Source: Escherichia phage CLB_P2. Taken from it: 64,000 nucleotides of DNA. This document shows, piece by piece, positions 10,277 to 20,246 of this stretch. Position 1 is the first letter of the stretch, and every line of letters starts with the position of its first letter. The notes beneath the pieces are model-generated. The model worked only from the letters and a program-made list of their open reading frames with translations, was not told where the DNA came from and ran no database searches. Made by a program: the position numbers and the translations under genes. Where the stretch lies: sequence record OL770107. One strand, given 5' to 3'.

Positions 10277-10690
10277 ATGAAAGAAATCGCAGATGAATTT
10301 AGCTTTATCAAGTACGTTACACTGGAGCTCCAAACAGATGCTACTATAGCCCCTATCACGGTTCCAAATAAACAAAATGTCATATATGCTATAGCGGTTG
10401 ATGATATACTAGTCTACATCGGGAAGACTAAAAATCTTCGTAAGCGCATCAACTACTACCGAACCGCCATTAATCGTAAGGACCAAACGTCGGATTCGAC
10501 CAAGTCCATTCTGATTCATGAAGCATTAATGGCTGGTAAAAAGGTAGAGTTCTATGCTAGACAGTGCTTTAATCTGTCGATGACTAACGAACTTGGAACT
10601 ATGTCAGTTGAGACCATGTCTCTTGAAGAGCCAATGTTCATAAAGAAATTTAATCCACCTTGGAATACCCAACATAGGATAAAGCAATGA
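10277..10690 (+). CDS. denA: endonuclease II, GIY-YIG family (137 aa)
   Basis: GIY-YIG-like motif (IYAIAVDD...VYIGKTKNLRKRINYY); about 137 aa from the ATG at 10277, close to T4 EndoII; follows nrdB as in T4. Confidence 0.75.
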   Translation: MKEIADEFSFIKYVTLELQTDATIAPITVPNKQNVIYAIAVDDILVYIGKTKNLRKRINYYRTAINRKDQTSDSTKSILIHEALMAGKKVEFYARQCFNLSMTNELGTMSVETMSLEEPMFIKKFNPPWNTQHRIKQ

Positions 10691-11835
10691 TTGAATTATA
10701 TGATAACTTGATGACTTTGGTTAAAAACTCGACTAAATCTAAGTTCTTCTTTAAAGACTTCCAGAGTGCGCTAGGAGTCAACTATCGCATCTTTAGTTAT
10801 AACTATGCATCGTACAGTGATTGGTTGGAAGACGGCGCACTAGAGTGCCGAGGCATTATGTTTGAAATGGACGAGAATGGTCCTGTACGTATCGCTGCTC
10901 GTCCTATGCAAAAGTTCTTTAATCTCGATGAAAACCCACTGACTATTGGTTTGGATTTATCACAAGAAAATATTGATTTGGTTATGGCCAAGGAAGATGG
11001 TTCCTTGATTTCTACCTTCATGGATAGACAATATCTTTCTGTTAAATCTAAAGGCTCTATCCATTCATCGATGGTACATGATTCTTTACGTTTCCTTCGT
11101 CTCCCTGAAAACGAGGCCTTCGCTGCTCGTTTAGAAGAAATTACTAAAGCAGGCTATACATGTAACCTCGAGTATGTTTCGCCTACTAACCGTATTGTGC
11201 TGGCATACCAAGAAACAAACCTTATCTTACTGAACGTTCGTAATAACGAAACAGGTGAGTATATCCCTTACGCTGAACTGTTTAAAGATGGCGCTCTGCG
11301 TAAGCATTTGGTTAAAAGCTATGAACTCGCTGAAGGTGATTTTGTTGACAATATCCGTAAACAAGAGGGTATTGAAGGCTTTATCTTTGTACTTAAAGAT
11401 GGCACGTTCTTTAAACTCAAAACCGCTTGGTATAGCGCACTGCATCATACCAAAGATTCCATTAACAATAACGAACGTTTGTTTGAAGTTGTAGTGGCTG
11501 GTGGAACCGATGACCTCCGAGGTTTGTTCAGTACTGATTCATTTGCTATTGAGAAAATCAATGCATTTGAACGTATTCATTTAGACTACTTAGAACAGTC
11601 CTTGGCTTTGTTAGAAGCAGCATATTCTCAGCTCAAGGGTCGTGACCGTAAAGACTACGCTGTTACCGGTCAGTTAATCCTCAAAGACTTCCCAGGGCTG
11701 TTCTCTATTCTTATGCAGGCGTACGTAGGCGGTATTAATTATGATACGGTCGTAGACCAGATTAACTCTGTGTTCTTGAAAAATCATAAGGCCCAAATCC
11801 CTGAAAAATATTTGAAAGAAATTGTGATAGAGTAG
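10687..11835 (+). CDS. rnlA: RNA ligase 1 (382 aa)
   Basis: Strong match to remembered T4 Rnl1 (YRIFSYNYASYSDW, ECRGIMFEMD, lysine-containing ligase motif). Confidence 0.92.
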   Translation: MIELYDNLMTLVKNSTKSKFFFKDFQSALGVNYRIFSYNYASYSDWLEDGALECRGIMFEMDENGPVRIAARPMQKFFNLDENPLTIGLDLSQENIDLVMAKEDGSLISTFMDRQYLSVKSKGSIHSSMVHDSLRFLRLPENEAFAARLEEITKAGYTCNLEYVSPTNRIVLAYQETNLILLNVRNNETGEYIPYAELFKDGALRKHLVKSYELAEGDFVDNIRKQEGIEGFIFVLKDGTFFKLKTAWYSALHHTKDSINNNERLFEVVVAGGTDDLRGLFSTDSFAIEKINAFERIHLDYLEQSLALLEAAYSQLKGRDRKDYAVTGQLILKDFPGLFSILMQAYVGGINYDTVVDQINSVFLKNHKAQIPEKYLKEIVIE

Positions 11836-11863
11836 TTTACATCTCCTCATGATGTGTTAGTAT
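11835..11863 (+). promoter_or_regulatory. early-type promoter
   Basis: GTTTAC 11835-11840, TAGTAT 11858-11863, 17-nt spacer, then SD AGGAGAAAA and ATG at 11894. Confidence 0.5.
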
Positions 11864-11893
11864 AGACTTACCAACTAATGAGGAGAAAACAAA

Positions 11894-12394
11894 ATGAATA
11901 TGCAAATGATTACTAACGAAATGGTTGTTAAAGCTTTTGGTGACTCTACTGACGGTATCCAAGTTTTTAAAGGTTCTCGTGCAGTAGGGTACCTAACCGA
12001 TCTTCGTGTTACTTTAGCTAAAAATGCTAAAAAGAAAATTAAGCAAAAAGAATACTCTACCCGTTATGCAGAAGAAAAGCGTGAAGCCATGCCTGAAGCT
12101 GTTAACTCTATGGTTGAGTTTCTCCAAAACAACCTTTCCAAGTATGATGCTGAGGTATTCATTAATATCAGCCAACCTAATGTCAAAATCGCAGGAATCA
12201 CTTTCTATTTGATTTGCGACCCATTAAGCGATAAGTTTAATCGCCTTGGCATTTCGAGTCCTTACCATACCGCTGAAGAATTGTGCGTGATGTTCGAAAC
12301 GTATAAAATCCAGTGTGAAAACCCTAAAACGGTTCTTATCAACTCCCTGTCACGTGATGACATCATCGAGATTATTACCAAATGTCTAAATTAA
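11894..12394 (+). CDS. alc: Alc-like protein (host transcription shutoff), 166 aa
   Basis: Size and position between rnlA and the spanin/pseT cluster match T4 alc; no motif verified. Confidence 0.5.
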   Translation: MNMQMITNEMVVKAFGDSTDGIQVFKGSRAVGYLTDLRVTLAKNAKKKIKQKEYSTRYAEEKREAMPEAVNSMVEFLQNNLSKYDAEVFINISQPNVKIAGITFYLICDPLSDKFNRLGISSPYHTAEELCVMFETYKIQCENPKTVLINSLSRDDIIEIITKCLN

Positions 12395-12735
12395 GTATTT
12401 ACCTTTTAGCTGGAGCCATTGTAGTAGGTGCTTACAGTCTTATTTCGTATCAATCAAGCCGTATTGATACATTAACTGAAGAACTGAAAACAACCCAGCA
12501 AACAGCTAAACAGAACGCCGAAGCTGTTGATGACCTTCGTGGTCAATATTCAGATATTGAATTCCGTACTACTGAAATGAATGCCAGACTGGATAAAATT
12601 AAGGTAGAAAATGAAAAGCTCCGTAAAGATTCGAAGAAGGCGCACGTGGTGGCAAGTAAGCCAGGATTGGTCGAAAAACAAATCAACAAGTCCTTCGATT
12701 CCTTTACAGAAGACTTCAGGAGCATCACAGAATGA
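12382..12735 (+). CDS. i-spanin (inner-membrane spanin), 117 aa
   Basis: N-terminal transmembrane segment (LLAGAIVVGAYSLISY) followed by a charged coiled-coil region; overlaps the downstream lipoprotein ORF, as spanin pairs do (T4 pseT.3-like). Confidence 0.7.
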   Translation: MSKLSIYLLAGAIVVGAYSLISYQSSRIDTLTEELKTTQQTAKQNAEAVDDLRGQYSDIEFRTTEMNARLDKIKVENEKLRKDSKKAHVVASKPGLVEKQINKSFDSFTEDFRSITE

Positions 12736-13022
12736 TTAAATTGACTGCTGTAATGTTATCTATTGGATTGCTAGTTGGATGTGCCCAGGATGTTCCTGTA
12801 GCGCCTAAACAACAACTCCACCCTTCATGGCCACAACCTATTGCCGAACATAATGTTAAGTGGCAGGTTAAGGTAATCGATGGTAAGGCTTGGGTCGGTA
12901 TGCCGTTTGAAGACTCACAAGAACATCGTATTTGGTTGAATGACGTAAAAAGATATGTACAAGACCAGAAATCTATGTTATGTTATTATCGTTCCGGGTT
13001 AAAAGAGGAGAAGTGCAAATGA
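12732..13022 (+). CDS. o-spanin (outer-membrane lipoprotein spanin), 96 aa
   Basis: Signal peptide with lipobox LLVGC, Pro-rich periplasmic region, C-terminal Cys (T4 pseT.2-like). Confidence 0.7.
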   Translation: MIKLTAVMLSIGLLVGCAQDVPVAPKQQLHPSWPQPIAEHNVKWQVKVIDGKAWVGMPFEDSQEHRIWLNDVKRYVQDQKSMLCYYRSGLKEEKCK

Positions 13023-13123
13023 TCGAGGCTTGTGCTGACGGGTGGGATATCGTTCGATTTGGTTTTGCATGCTTTTGTTTTGGAATCGTGTTCAGCATGT
13101 GTATGAACGGTATTTTTGGAAAG
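13019..13123 (+). CDS. possible small hydrophobic peptide (34 aa)
   Basis: ATG overlapping the o-spanin stop (ATGA); product MIEACADGWDIVRFGFACFCFGIVFSMCMNGIFGK. Too short for the ORF track. Confidence 0.25.
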
Positions 13124-13189
13124 TAGTGTACAAACTCTTGGGAGCAGAGTATAATGCTCCTACGGATTATAAAAATTGAGGAAATGACT

Positions 13190-13647
13190 ATGAAAATATT
13201 ATGGTATGTTGAGAACGCTAATAATATCATGAAGTGTAAAGACGAATTCTTCCAAAATCTGGCCCGAATTGGTTCTTGCCGTAAAACACCTTTGGAAGGT
13301 AAAGCTCGATTCTTTATTTCAGAATGTAAAGACAAAGCTATTACAGAAGTTGAATACTACGCCCCATGGAATGATTTCCCGAGCAGAGTGTTGAAATTAT
13401 CCAAGCCTATTCCTTCTGATGTGTGGAATTCAATCTTAGATGTTACTGCATGCTATGAAGAAAACCAATCACTTCATGAAGAAAAAGAACGTATTCGCGA
13501 ACTGGTAAAAAGTTTTGAATACGCGGCTAAACGCCATGGCCAAATGCAATCCGCAGTAACCCTTGGCGATGTTCCTGAAAGTGTTGCTTATGAATCCGGT
13601 AAAATCCTTAAAACCTGCCGTGAAGAACTTTATAAGGAGCTCGGTGT

Positions 13648-13651
<4 letters not shown>
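13190..13651 (+). CDS. hypothetical protein (about 153 aa)
   Basis: ATG at 13190 with SD GAGGAA 7 nt upstream; the track ORF starts at an earlier in-frame codon. Confidence 0.55.
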
Positions 13652-14872
<1,221 letters not shown>

Positions 14873-14873
<1 letters not shown>

Positions 14874-15070
14874 TGGCATGGCATCATGAAACCTGGGCAG
14901 TCGTTCATGTGGACGGTGGCCTAGTTGGAACTAACAATGGGCAATTCTGTGTATTCACTAGTCAATCTAAAGCCTGGGAAGAATGCCTTAAATTAAAAGC
15001 CAAAAACCCGGGTATTGAATTAACAGTAAAGCAAACTAAAATCCCGTTACCGTGGAAAACCTATGAATAA
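14873..15070 (+). CDS. hypothetical protein (65 aa)
   Basis: ATG overlapping the pseT stop (TAATG); the track ORF starts inside pseT. Confidence 0.5.
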
Positions 15071-15260
15071 TATCGAAAAGATTTTTCGTACAATCGAAGA
15101 AATTGAAAAACGTAAATGCTTTTTCTTCGGCGTGTGGCCTTTAACTGATGGTCGTATTGGCCTGGATGTTATGGACTATAAAGATGAAGACAAGGTCGAT
15201 GGTGGTATTTTTAAATCCGCGCCAGAACTCCTTGCCTTCTTGGAAGAACATTATGTATAA
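15063..15260 (+). CDS. hypothetical protein (65 aa)
   Basis: ORF overlapping neighbours by a few nt. Confidence 0.5.
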   Translation: MNNIEKIFRTIEEIEKRKCFFFGVWPLTDGRIGLDVMDYKDEDKVDGGIFKSAPELLAFLEEHYV

Positions 15261-15468
15261 CAAACACCACGAAGTTGAAGAAGAAGCTTATAAAGAGCTT
15301 CAGAAACTGGTAGGACAGAATATGTCTCCTGCTCTCATTAACTCGCTTGCCACTCTTCGTAATGACTTGAACGAACGTTACAAAGGTGAATATTATGTCG
15401 AGTTCGTTCCACTGACTGAAGTCGTTGACCGGTTTATTGTTAACGTGAAGGTCCATACAGTACACTGA
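15253..15468 (+). CDS. hypothetical protein (71 aa)
   Basis: ATG at 15253; the track ORF 15148..15468 begins inside the upstream ORF. Confidence 0.45.
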   Translation: MYNKHHEVEEEAYKELQKLVGQNMSPALINSLATLRNDLNERYKGEYYVEFVPLTEVVDRFIVNVKVHTVH

Positions 15469-15475
15469 GGTGATT

Positions 15476-15754
15476 ATGTTCCCTACTTATTCTGAAATTG
15501 TTAAAGTAGTTTTTAGTCAGATTGTATCTGATTACCTATACGAACCTGTCGACACGTCGACTGAACTAAAAGTGCACGGACGTTTGTCTGCTATTCTGGA
15601 AATCATGTTCCCGGATGCAGTCGATGCAATCACTGTCCAACTCACGCCCGGTGCAGCATTTGCAATTGTTCCATTTAAAATTGATAACCACATTTTGGCT
15701 ATTTCATGCAAAATGGACTTCCAGAAACAAACGGTAGTTGTCGAAGCAATTTAA
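15476..15754 (+). CDS. hypothetical protein (92 aa)
   Basis: ATG at 15476 with SD GAGG; the track start at 15470 is a GTG codon. Confidence 0.5.
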   Translation: MFPTYSEIVKVVFSQIVSDYLYEPVDTSTELKVHGRLSAILEIMFPDAVDAITVQLTPGAAFAIVPFKIDNHILAISCKMDFQKQTVVVEAI

Positions 15755-15756
15755 GT

Positions 15757-15794
15757 GTTTACAACACGGTAGGACTGTGGTATAGTAGTCCTAC
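15757..15794 (+). promoter_or_regulatory. early-type promoter with inverted repeat
   Basis: GTTTAC 15757-15762, TATAGT 15781-15786; GGTAGGACTG / TAGTCCTACC inverted repeat around the -10. Confidence 0.5.
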
Positions 15795-15816
15795 CGAAAC
15801 AAATGAGGAAATCGAA

Positions 15817-16371
15817 ATGGGTAAGTTCTTTGAAGAGCGTAAGTTTTATAAGTTCATTAGCGAATACACTAAAAACAAATTCACTAATAACGGCTCTTAT
15901 GGCCTCAATACAGCTTTTGCCAAGTATGTAGGTATGAACCCGTTTGAAGTTGAAATTGATTACCATAATGGGCGTGAACGTGTAAGCCGAATTCGTGTAT
16001 ATGACGAGATGATGTTTGTCGACCCTAGCAAAATCACAGGTAATCCTGATGATGCAAATGCTGTTCTTTTTAATTCAACAGGCCTTTTTGGCCATGAATT
16101 CGATTACTTTATTGAAGTGGTACGTCCACTGGCCTCGGTGAGTATTCCTGAAAATGGTGGACCTAAACCAGTAAAAGCCACTGCGGATTGGAAAGTGCTT
16201 ATCGTTAAAAATGGTAAGATTGAAGTTCATTCTCGCCATAACACAAAGGAACAAGCCGACCGTCAAGCCGAAGAGCTTTTGACCAGTTCGTTCCAACAAG
16301 TGTGTTATATTGTTAAAGGCGACGTTACCCAAGCTACCACTACCAAACAACTTAAGTTGGAGACCATCTAA
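15817..16371 (+). CDS. hypothetical protein (184 aa)
   Basis: ATG at 15817 with SD GAGGAAA, downstream of the promoter at 15757. Confidence 0.55.
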   Translation: MGKFFEERKFYKFISEYTKNKFTNNGSYGLNTAFAKYVGMNPFEVEIDYHNGRERVSRIRVYDEMMFVDPSKITGNPDDANAVLFNSTGLFGHEFDYFIEVVRPLASVSIPENGGPKPVKATADWKVLIVKNGKIEVHSRHNTKEQADRQAEELLTSSFQQVCYIVKGDVTQATTTKQLKLETI

Positions 16372-16604
16372 TGCTGAGCGAACAACCCATTACTGTAGAG
16401 CAGTTCCAAGTTAAAGTTAAAGAATTTGCTCAGGCTCTGATTAATAAGGTTTCTGTACGTTTTCCTGATGCAACTCTGCGAGTAATTCAGGAATCACCAC
16501 GTGCGGTATTGGTTATCGTTAATCCTAAAAATGGCGGCCAGATTACCCAGTTAAAACTTGGTTCTGATGGTCTGGTCGAAGCGCAGCGAGTGTTCGTAGA
16601 ATGA
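16371..16604 (+). CDS. hypothetical protein (77 aa)
   Basis: ORF coupled to the upstream gene and to cd. Confidence 0.5.
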   Translation: MLSEQPITVEQFQVKVKEFAQALINKVSVRFPDATLRVIQESPRAVLVIVNPKNGGQITQLKLGSDGLVEAQRVFVE

Positions 16605-17146
16605 AAGCAAGTACATATCTTCAGATTGCCTATTTGATTTCTCAGGAATCAAAATGTTGTTCATGGAAAGTGGGCGCGGTTATTGAAAAGAATGGCCGTA
16701 TTATTTCTACAGGGTATAATGGTTCTCCGTCTGGTGGCGTTAACTGTTGTGACCATGCAGTGGAACAGGACTGGACTCGTGTTGTGTATGACCCAGCACG
16801 AATGTCCCATAAATCGATTCTTCTTAAAGAACATCGTATGGCCCATGCCGCATGGTCATCCAAAAATGAAATCCATGCCGAATTGAATGCTATCCTGTTC
16901 GCAGCTCGTACAGGAAGTTCTATTGACGGTGCTACGATGTATGTGACACTATCCCCATGTGCAGATTGTGCTAAGTCTATTGCGCAGTCCGGAATTAAAA
17001 CACTGGTTTATGCTGAACTCTATGACCGAAATCCTGAAGGTTGGGATGATATCCTCCGTGAATCAGGCATCGAAGTTATCCAGTATAACCGTACTGGCCT
17101 CCGTTCTCTGAACTGGGAATCAATTCAAAACTATTGTGGTGAATAA
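16601..17146 (+). CDS. cd: dCMP deaminase (181 aa)
   Basis: Cytidine/dCMP deaminase zinc motifs (HAE...PCADC) and similarity to T4 Cd. Confidence 0.9.
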   Translation: MKASTYLQIAYLISQESKCCSWKVGAVIEKNGRIISTGYNGSPSGGVNCCDHAVEQDWTRVVYDPARMSHKSILLKEHRMAHAAWSSKNEIHAELNAILFAARTGSSIDGATMYVTLSPCADCAKSIAQSGIKTLVYAELYDRNPEGWDDILRESGIEVIQYNRTGLRSLNWESIQNYCGE

Positions 17147-17379
17147 TGAAATTTCGTCTAGTTAAGTTTTCAGGTCTGAATTCAAAAGGTGAAAGCTTAG
17201 TAGCCTATTCGGTAGAATACAAAAAGTACTTTTTCTCTCGATGGAAATCGTACTATAAATCCGAGTGGGTTTATGCCGACATGAATTACAAAACAGTGCC
17301 TATTCTTGAGAATTGCCATAGCCTATTAAGAGCTCTAAAAGAGCGTAATGCAACCACTATTAAAACTATCCTGGAATAA
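17146..17379 (+). CDS. hypothetical protein (77 aa)
   Basis: ORF immediately after cd. Confidence 0.5.
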   Translation: MKFRLVKFSGLNSKGESLVAYSVEYKKYFFSRWKSYYKSEWVYADMNYKTVPILENCHSLLRALKERNATTIKTILE

Positions 17380-17381
17380 TT

Positions 17382-17681
17382 ATGATTTTAACTGAACAAG
17401 AAACTATTCGGCTCCGTGAAAAAGTCAAGACTATCTTGTCTGTAGGCTTTCACGAAGTTCTGTTTGAAAAGGCGGATGGCAGCGTTCGTCGTATGACTTG
17501 TACTCGCGACCTAGACCTCCTCCCATATAAAGAAATTCAAGCACCGGGCCCAGAAGCTAATAAAGAACCGGTTAATTATATTCGTGTATTTGATACCAAG
17601 GTTAATGACTGGCGCTCGTTCCGTTTCGATAAACTGATTTCTATTAACGGGCTTCAGACTGAAACTCTGCTTGTCCTGTAA
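17382..17681 (+). CDS. hypothetical protein (99 aa)
   Basis: ORF between cd and gene 31. Confidence 0.5.
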   Translation: MILTEQETIRLREKVKTILSVGFHEVLFEKADGSVRRMTCTRDLDLLPYKEIQAPGPEANKEPVNYIRVFDTKVNDWRSFRFDKLISINGLQTETLLVL

Positions 17682-17683
17682 TA

Positions 17684-17708
17684 TGCTTTAAGAATAGCGT
17701 GTTATTAT
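17684..17708 (+). promoter_or_regulatory. candidate middle (MotA-box) promoter for gene 31
   Basis: TGCTTTA at 17684-17690 matches the MotA-box core; TATTAT 12 nt downstream; about 30 nt before the gene 31 ATG. Confidence 0.4.
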
Positions 17709-17739
17709 TAATCTATCAACAAAACAACATGGATTAAAT

Positions 17740-18063
17740 ATGGAACTTCCTATTAAAGCGGTTGGAGAATATGTTATTCTCGTTTCCGAACCAAAACAAG
17801 CTGGCGATGAAGAAACTACTGCATCTGGTATCGTTATTGGCAAACTTCATCAAGGTGAAATCCCTGAACTTTGTGAAATTTATTCTGTAGGACCTGATGT
17901 CCCTGAAGGTTTTTGTGAAGTAGGCGATTTGACTCCACTTCCTGTTGGTAAGATTGCTAACGTGCCTCACCCTTTAGTTGCATTGGGTATTAAACAGCCT
18001 AAAGAAATTAAACAGAAATTCGTTACCTGTCACTATAAAGCTATTCCGTGTCTTTATAAGTGA
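17740..18063 (+). CDS. 31: co-chaperonin gp31 (GroES-like), 107 aa
   Basis: [21 protein letters not shown]...[20 protein letters not shown]...[23 protein letters not shown] matches remembered T4 gp31. Confidence 0.92.
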   Translation: MELPIKAVGEYVILVSEPKQAGDEETTASGIVIGKLHQGEIPELCEIYSVGPDVPEGFCEVGDLTPLPVGKIANVPHPLVALGIKQPKEIKQKFVTCHYKAIPCLYK

Positions 18064-18223
18064 TATAAATAATAATATGGATTGGCTGATGCCATACAGA
18101 GCTTTGCTGGTGTATGGGGTTAGCTAATCCTAAGCGGTGGACTACAACTGAGAGACTTGCCGAAAGGAAGTGAAATTCAGAAGAACGTGTCCACCAATCT
18201 TTATCTCGAATTGAGAATTTAAA

Positions 18224-18472
18224 ATGAACAAACATCTGAATCACGCTCTTGAACTGCAACGCAACGCTTGGAACAACGGCCACGAAAACTATGGTGCATC
18301 TATTGATGTTGAAGCCGAAGCACTGGAAATCCTGCGTTATTTCAAACATCTTAATCCTGCTCAGGCTACTCTGGCTGCTGAACTGGAAGCAAAAGATGAA
18401 CTGAAATATGCTAAGCCTTTGGCTTCAGCAGCTCGTAAAGCAGTACGTCATTTTATTATTACCCTGAAGTAA
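18224..18472 (+). CDS. rIII: rIII-like lysis-inhibition accessory protein (82 aa)
   Basis: 82 aa, the same size and position (after gene 31) as T4 rIII; no motif verified. Confidence 0.55.
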   Translation: MNKHLNHALELQRNAWNNGHENYGASIDVEAEALEILRYFKHLNPAQATLAAELEAKDELKYAKPLASAARKAVRHFIITLK

Positions 18473-18825
18473 AATCGAGGAGCCGTCGAACTGTCTGATT
18501 AATGATTTGCGAATCATTATAGTTTTAAGACCCCGGCAGTTTTACGGTGTACCTCTTGAATGTTATTTTATAGCGGCAAGTGCATGCTACCCCGAGGTGA
18601 TGGCCAATCGGGAGTACGCCTCAAGGCCTATATACCCATCAGTATATATCTTATCCTCGAGAAATCGAACCCGGAACCTTTAAGCTAACGGTGTGCAACA
18701 GATAAGAGCTATGATGACGAGGTTTATGGTTATCCTGTCGTTAAATATCCGAAACCTATGTTCCCCTTGAGGGCTTGCGCAGGCAACGCCAATAAGTCCT
18801 GCATTCTAATTTAAGAGATTTAAAA
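18473..18825 (+). other. about 350-nt region without a convincing ORF; candidate structured leader or ncRNA
   Basis: All frames are interrupted; candidate ORFs are 42 aa or shorter and lack a ribosome-binding site; several local inverted repeats. Confidence 0.3.
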
Positions 18826-18987
18826 ATGGCTAAGAAAGAAGTTAAAGTAGTTGACGGAACCTCTAAACGCGCTGGTTACAAGCGTGCGTCTAACAAGCGT
18901 ATCAATCAGGTAGTTGATAAGCTTCAAGCTCGTGCTCGTGCAGTATTGCGTGCAGATGCTGCTTGCTTCGGTAAAGTTATTGCATAA
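18826..18987 (+). CDS. small basic protein (53 aa)
   Basis: ATG at 18826; Lys/Arg-rich product MAKKEVKVVDGTSKRAGYKRASNKR...; followed directly by a strong terminator. Too short for the ORF track. Confidence 0.4.
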   Translation: MAKKEVKVVDGTSKRAGYKRASNKRINQVVDKLQARARAVLRADAACFGKVIA

Positions 18988-18992
18988 GTTAT

Positions 18993-19020
18993 GGGACTCT
19001 TCGGAGTCCCATTTTTGTTT
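18993..19020 (+). terminator. rho-independent terminator
   Basis: GGGACTC-TTCG-GAGTCCC hairpin followed by ATTTTTGTTT. Confidence 0.7.
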
Positions 19021-19038
19021 CTAAATCTTTAAAAAAAG

Positions 19039-19067
19039 GTATACATCTCCGGTAGGCATGATACTAT
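19039..19067 (+). promoter_or_regulatory. early-type promoter (degenerate -35 GTATAC, -10 TACTAT)
   Basis: 17-nt spacing; followed by a conserved 40-nt leader. Confidence 0.4.
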
Positions 19068-19108
19068 AGACATGTACCAAATAATACGAAAACAAACTGG
19101 AGAATAAA

Positions 19109-19477
19109 ATGAAAATCAATCTTAACTCATACATCAAAGGTAAAGACCACGACGGTTACAAAGCCATTGAAACTAAAGAGATGCAATGGCGCTTGTACAA
19201 AGAACAATTTGAATTTGTAGGTTGTATGACTCCTGAAGGTCCTTCCGATGACTTCTCTTGGAAAATTTTGGTAACAAACTTTTTTACTGGCGATACCTAC
19301 GAACTGAAAACTATCATAACCGGTAAGATTCGTTGTAAGACCTATGAAGATGAAGAAACCGGTTATTCTGAAGATGTTACATGGTATCAAAATGGTCGTA
19401 TCACTACAGATAACCTGATCGAAAAAATGAATGCCAAAGGTGAATTAAATTTAGATAATTGGATTAAAGTTGCATAA
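19109..19477 (+). CDS. hypothetical protein (122 aa)
   Basis: ORF with SD GGAG; the 40-nt leader up to the ATG is identical to that of the next ORF. Confidence 0.6.
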   Translation: MKINLNSYIKGKDHDGYKAIETKEMQWRLYKEQFEFVGCMTPEGPSDDFSWKILVTNFFTGDTYELKTIITGKIRCKTYEDEETGYSEDVTWYQNGRITTDNLIEKMNAKGELNLDNWIKVA

Positions 19478-19481
19478 AACG

Positions 19482-19521
19482 GTTTACTTTGGTACAGGTT
19501 GTGTTATTATAGACCTGTACC
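19482..19521 (+). promoter_or_regulatory. early-type promoter with inverted repeat
   Basis: GTTTAC 19482-19487, TATTAT 19505-19510; GGTACAGGT / ACCTGTACC inverted repeat. Confidence 0.5.
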
Positions 19522-19551
19522 AAATAATACGAAAACAAACTGGAGAATAAA

Positions 19552-19917
19552 ATGAACTACATCAACTTCGAACGTAAATATGTTTCTAACGGTATCGCTG
19601 GTTCTTCTGAAGTTATTTGTCTGTGGAAACACAACAACGGCACAGTGTGTGAAATCGAACAGTGCATGACTCCTAACTACGTTTATATGCGCTTTGAAAA
19701 TGGTATCACAGTTTCAATCACTATGGAAGGTTCTACTTTTAAAATCGCTTTGGACGATGATTTCCGTCAACGTGATTTAGGTACCCATCCTTGCTGGAAC
19801 GGTTCTAATCGTAAGCTTCTGGTTAAAACCTGGATTCGTCACATCCTGAGCAACCGTGCTAAACCTGAACACCTGGAAGCAATCTTTGATGTAGTTCTGA
19901 ATGAATTTGATATCTAA
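19552..19917 (+). CDS. hypothetical protein (121 aa)
   Basis: ORF with the same leader and SD as 19109..19477. Confidence 0.6.
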   Translation: MNYINFERKYVSNGIAGSSEVICLWKHNNGTVCEIEQCMTPNYVYMRFENGITVSITMEGSTFKIALDDDFRQRDLGTHPCWNGSNRKLLVKTWIRHILSNRAKPEHLEAIFDVVLNEFDI

Positions 19918-19958
19918 TCTTAAAAATGGAGGCTTCGGCCTCCTTTGAGGAAAATATT

Positions 19959-20246
19959 ATGTTTATGACCACTTATTTCGATACTCGTAAAAATTTCTGT
20001 GAAGTTGTTTTCTCTAAGGCAGGTAAAGATGTTCCTGCTGAAAAACAGCCTACTCGTGAATCCATTAAGGCTTATGCTGATGTGGTTTGTCCAGTAGAAT
20101 TCCGTACAGTCAATGGTCGTGACACCCTAGCAATCACTAAGCTCAACCATGATATTAACATCGACCCTAGCGCTGCCCGTGAAGTCAATACTTCTGACAT
20201 CTACGGTGGTAATGTTAAATCACATGGATTTCAGATGAGGTTCTAA
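19959..20246 (+). CDS. hypothetical protein (95 aa)
   Basis: ATG at 19959 after SD GAGGA; the upstream in-frame ATG at 19926 lies inside the hairpin GGAGGC-TTCG-GCCTCC. Confidence 0.5.
   Translation: MFMTTYFDTRKNFCEVVFSKAGKDVPAEKQPTRESIKAYADVVCPVEFRTVNGRDTLAITKLNHDINIDPSAAREVNTSDIYGGNVKSHGFQMRF

Noticed and set aside
18640-18700. tRNA-like TTCGA/CCGG motif (GAAATCGAACCCGGAACC)
   Set aside because: Reads like part of a reverse-complemented T-arm, but no 5-bp T-stem, acceptor stem or anticodon arm can be built on either strand.
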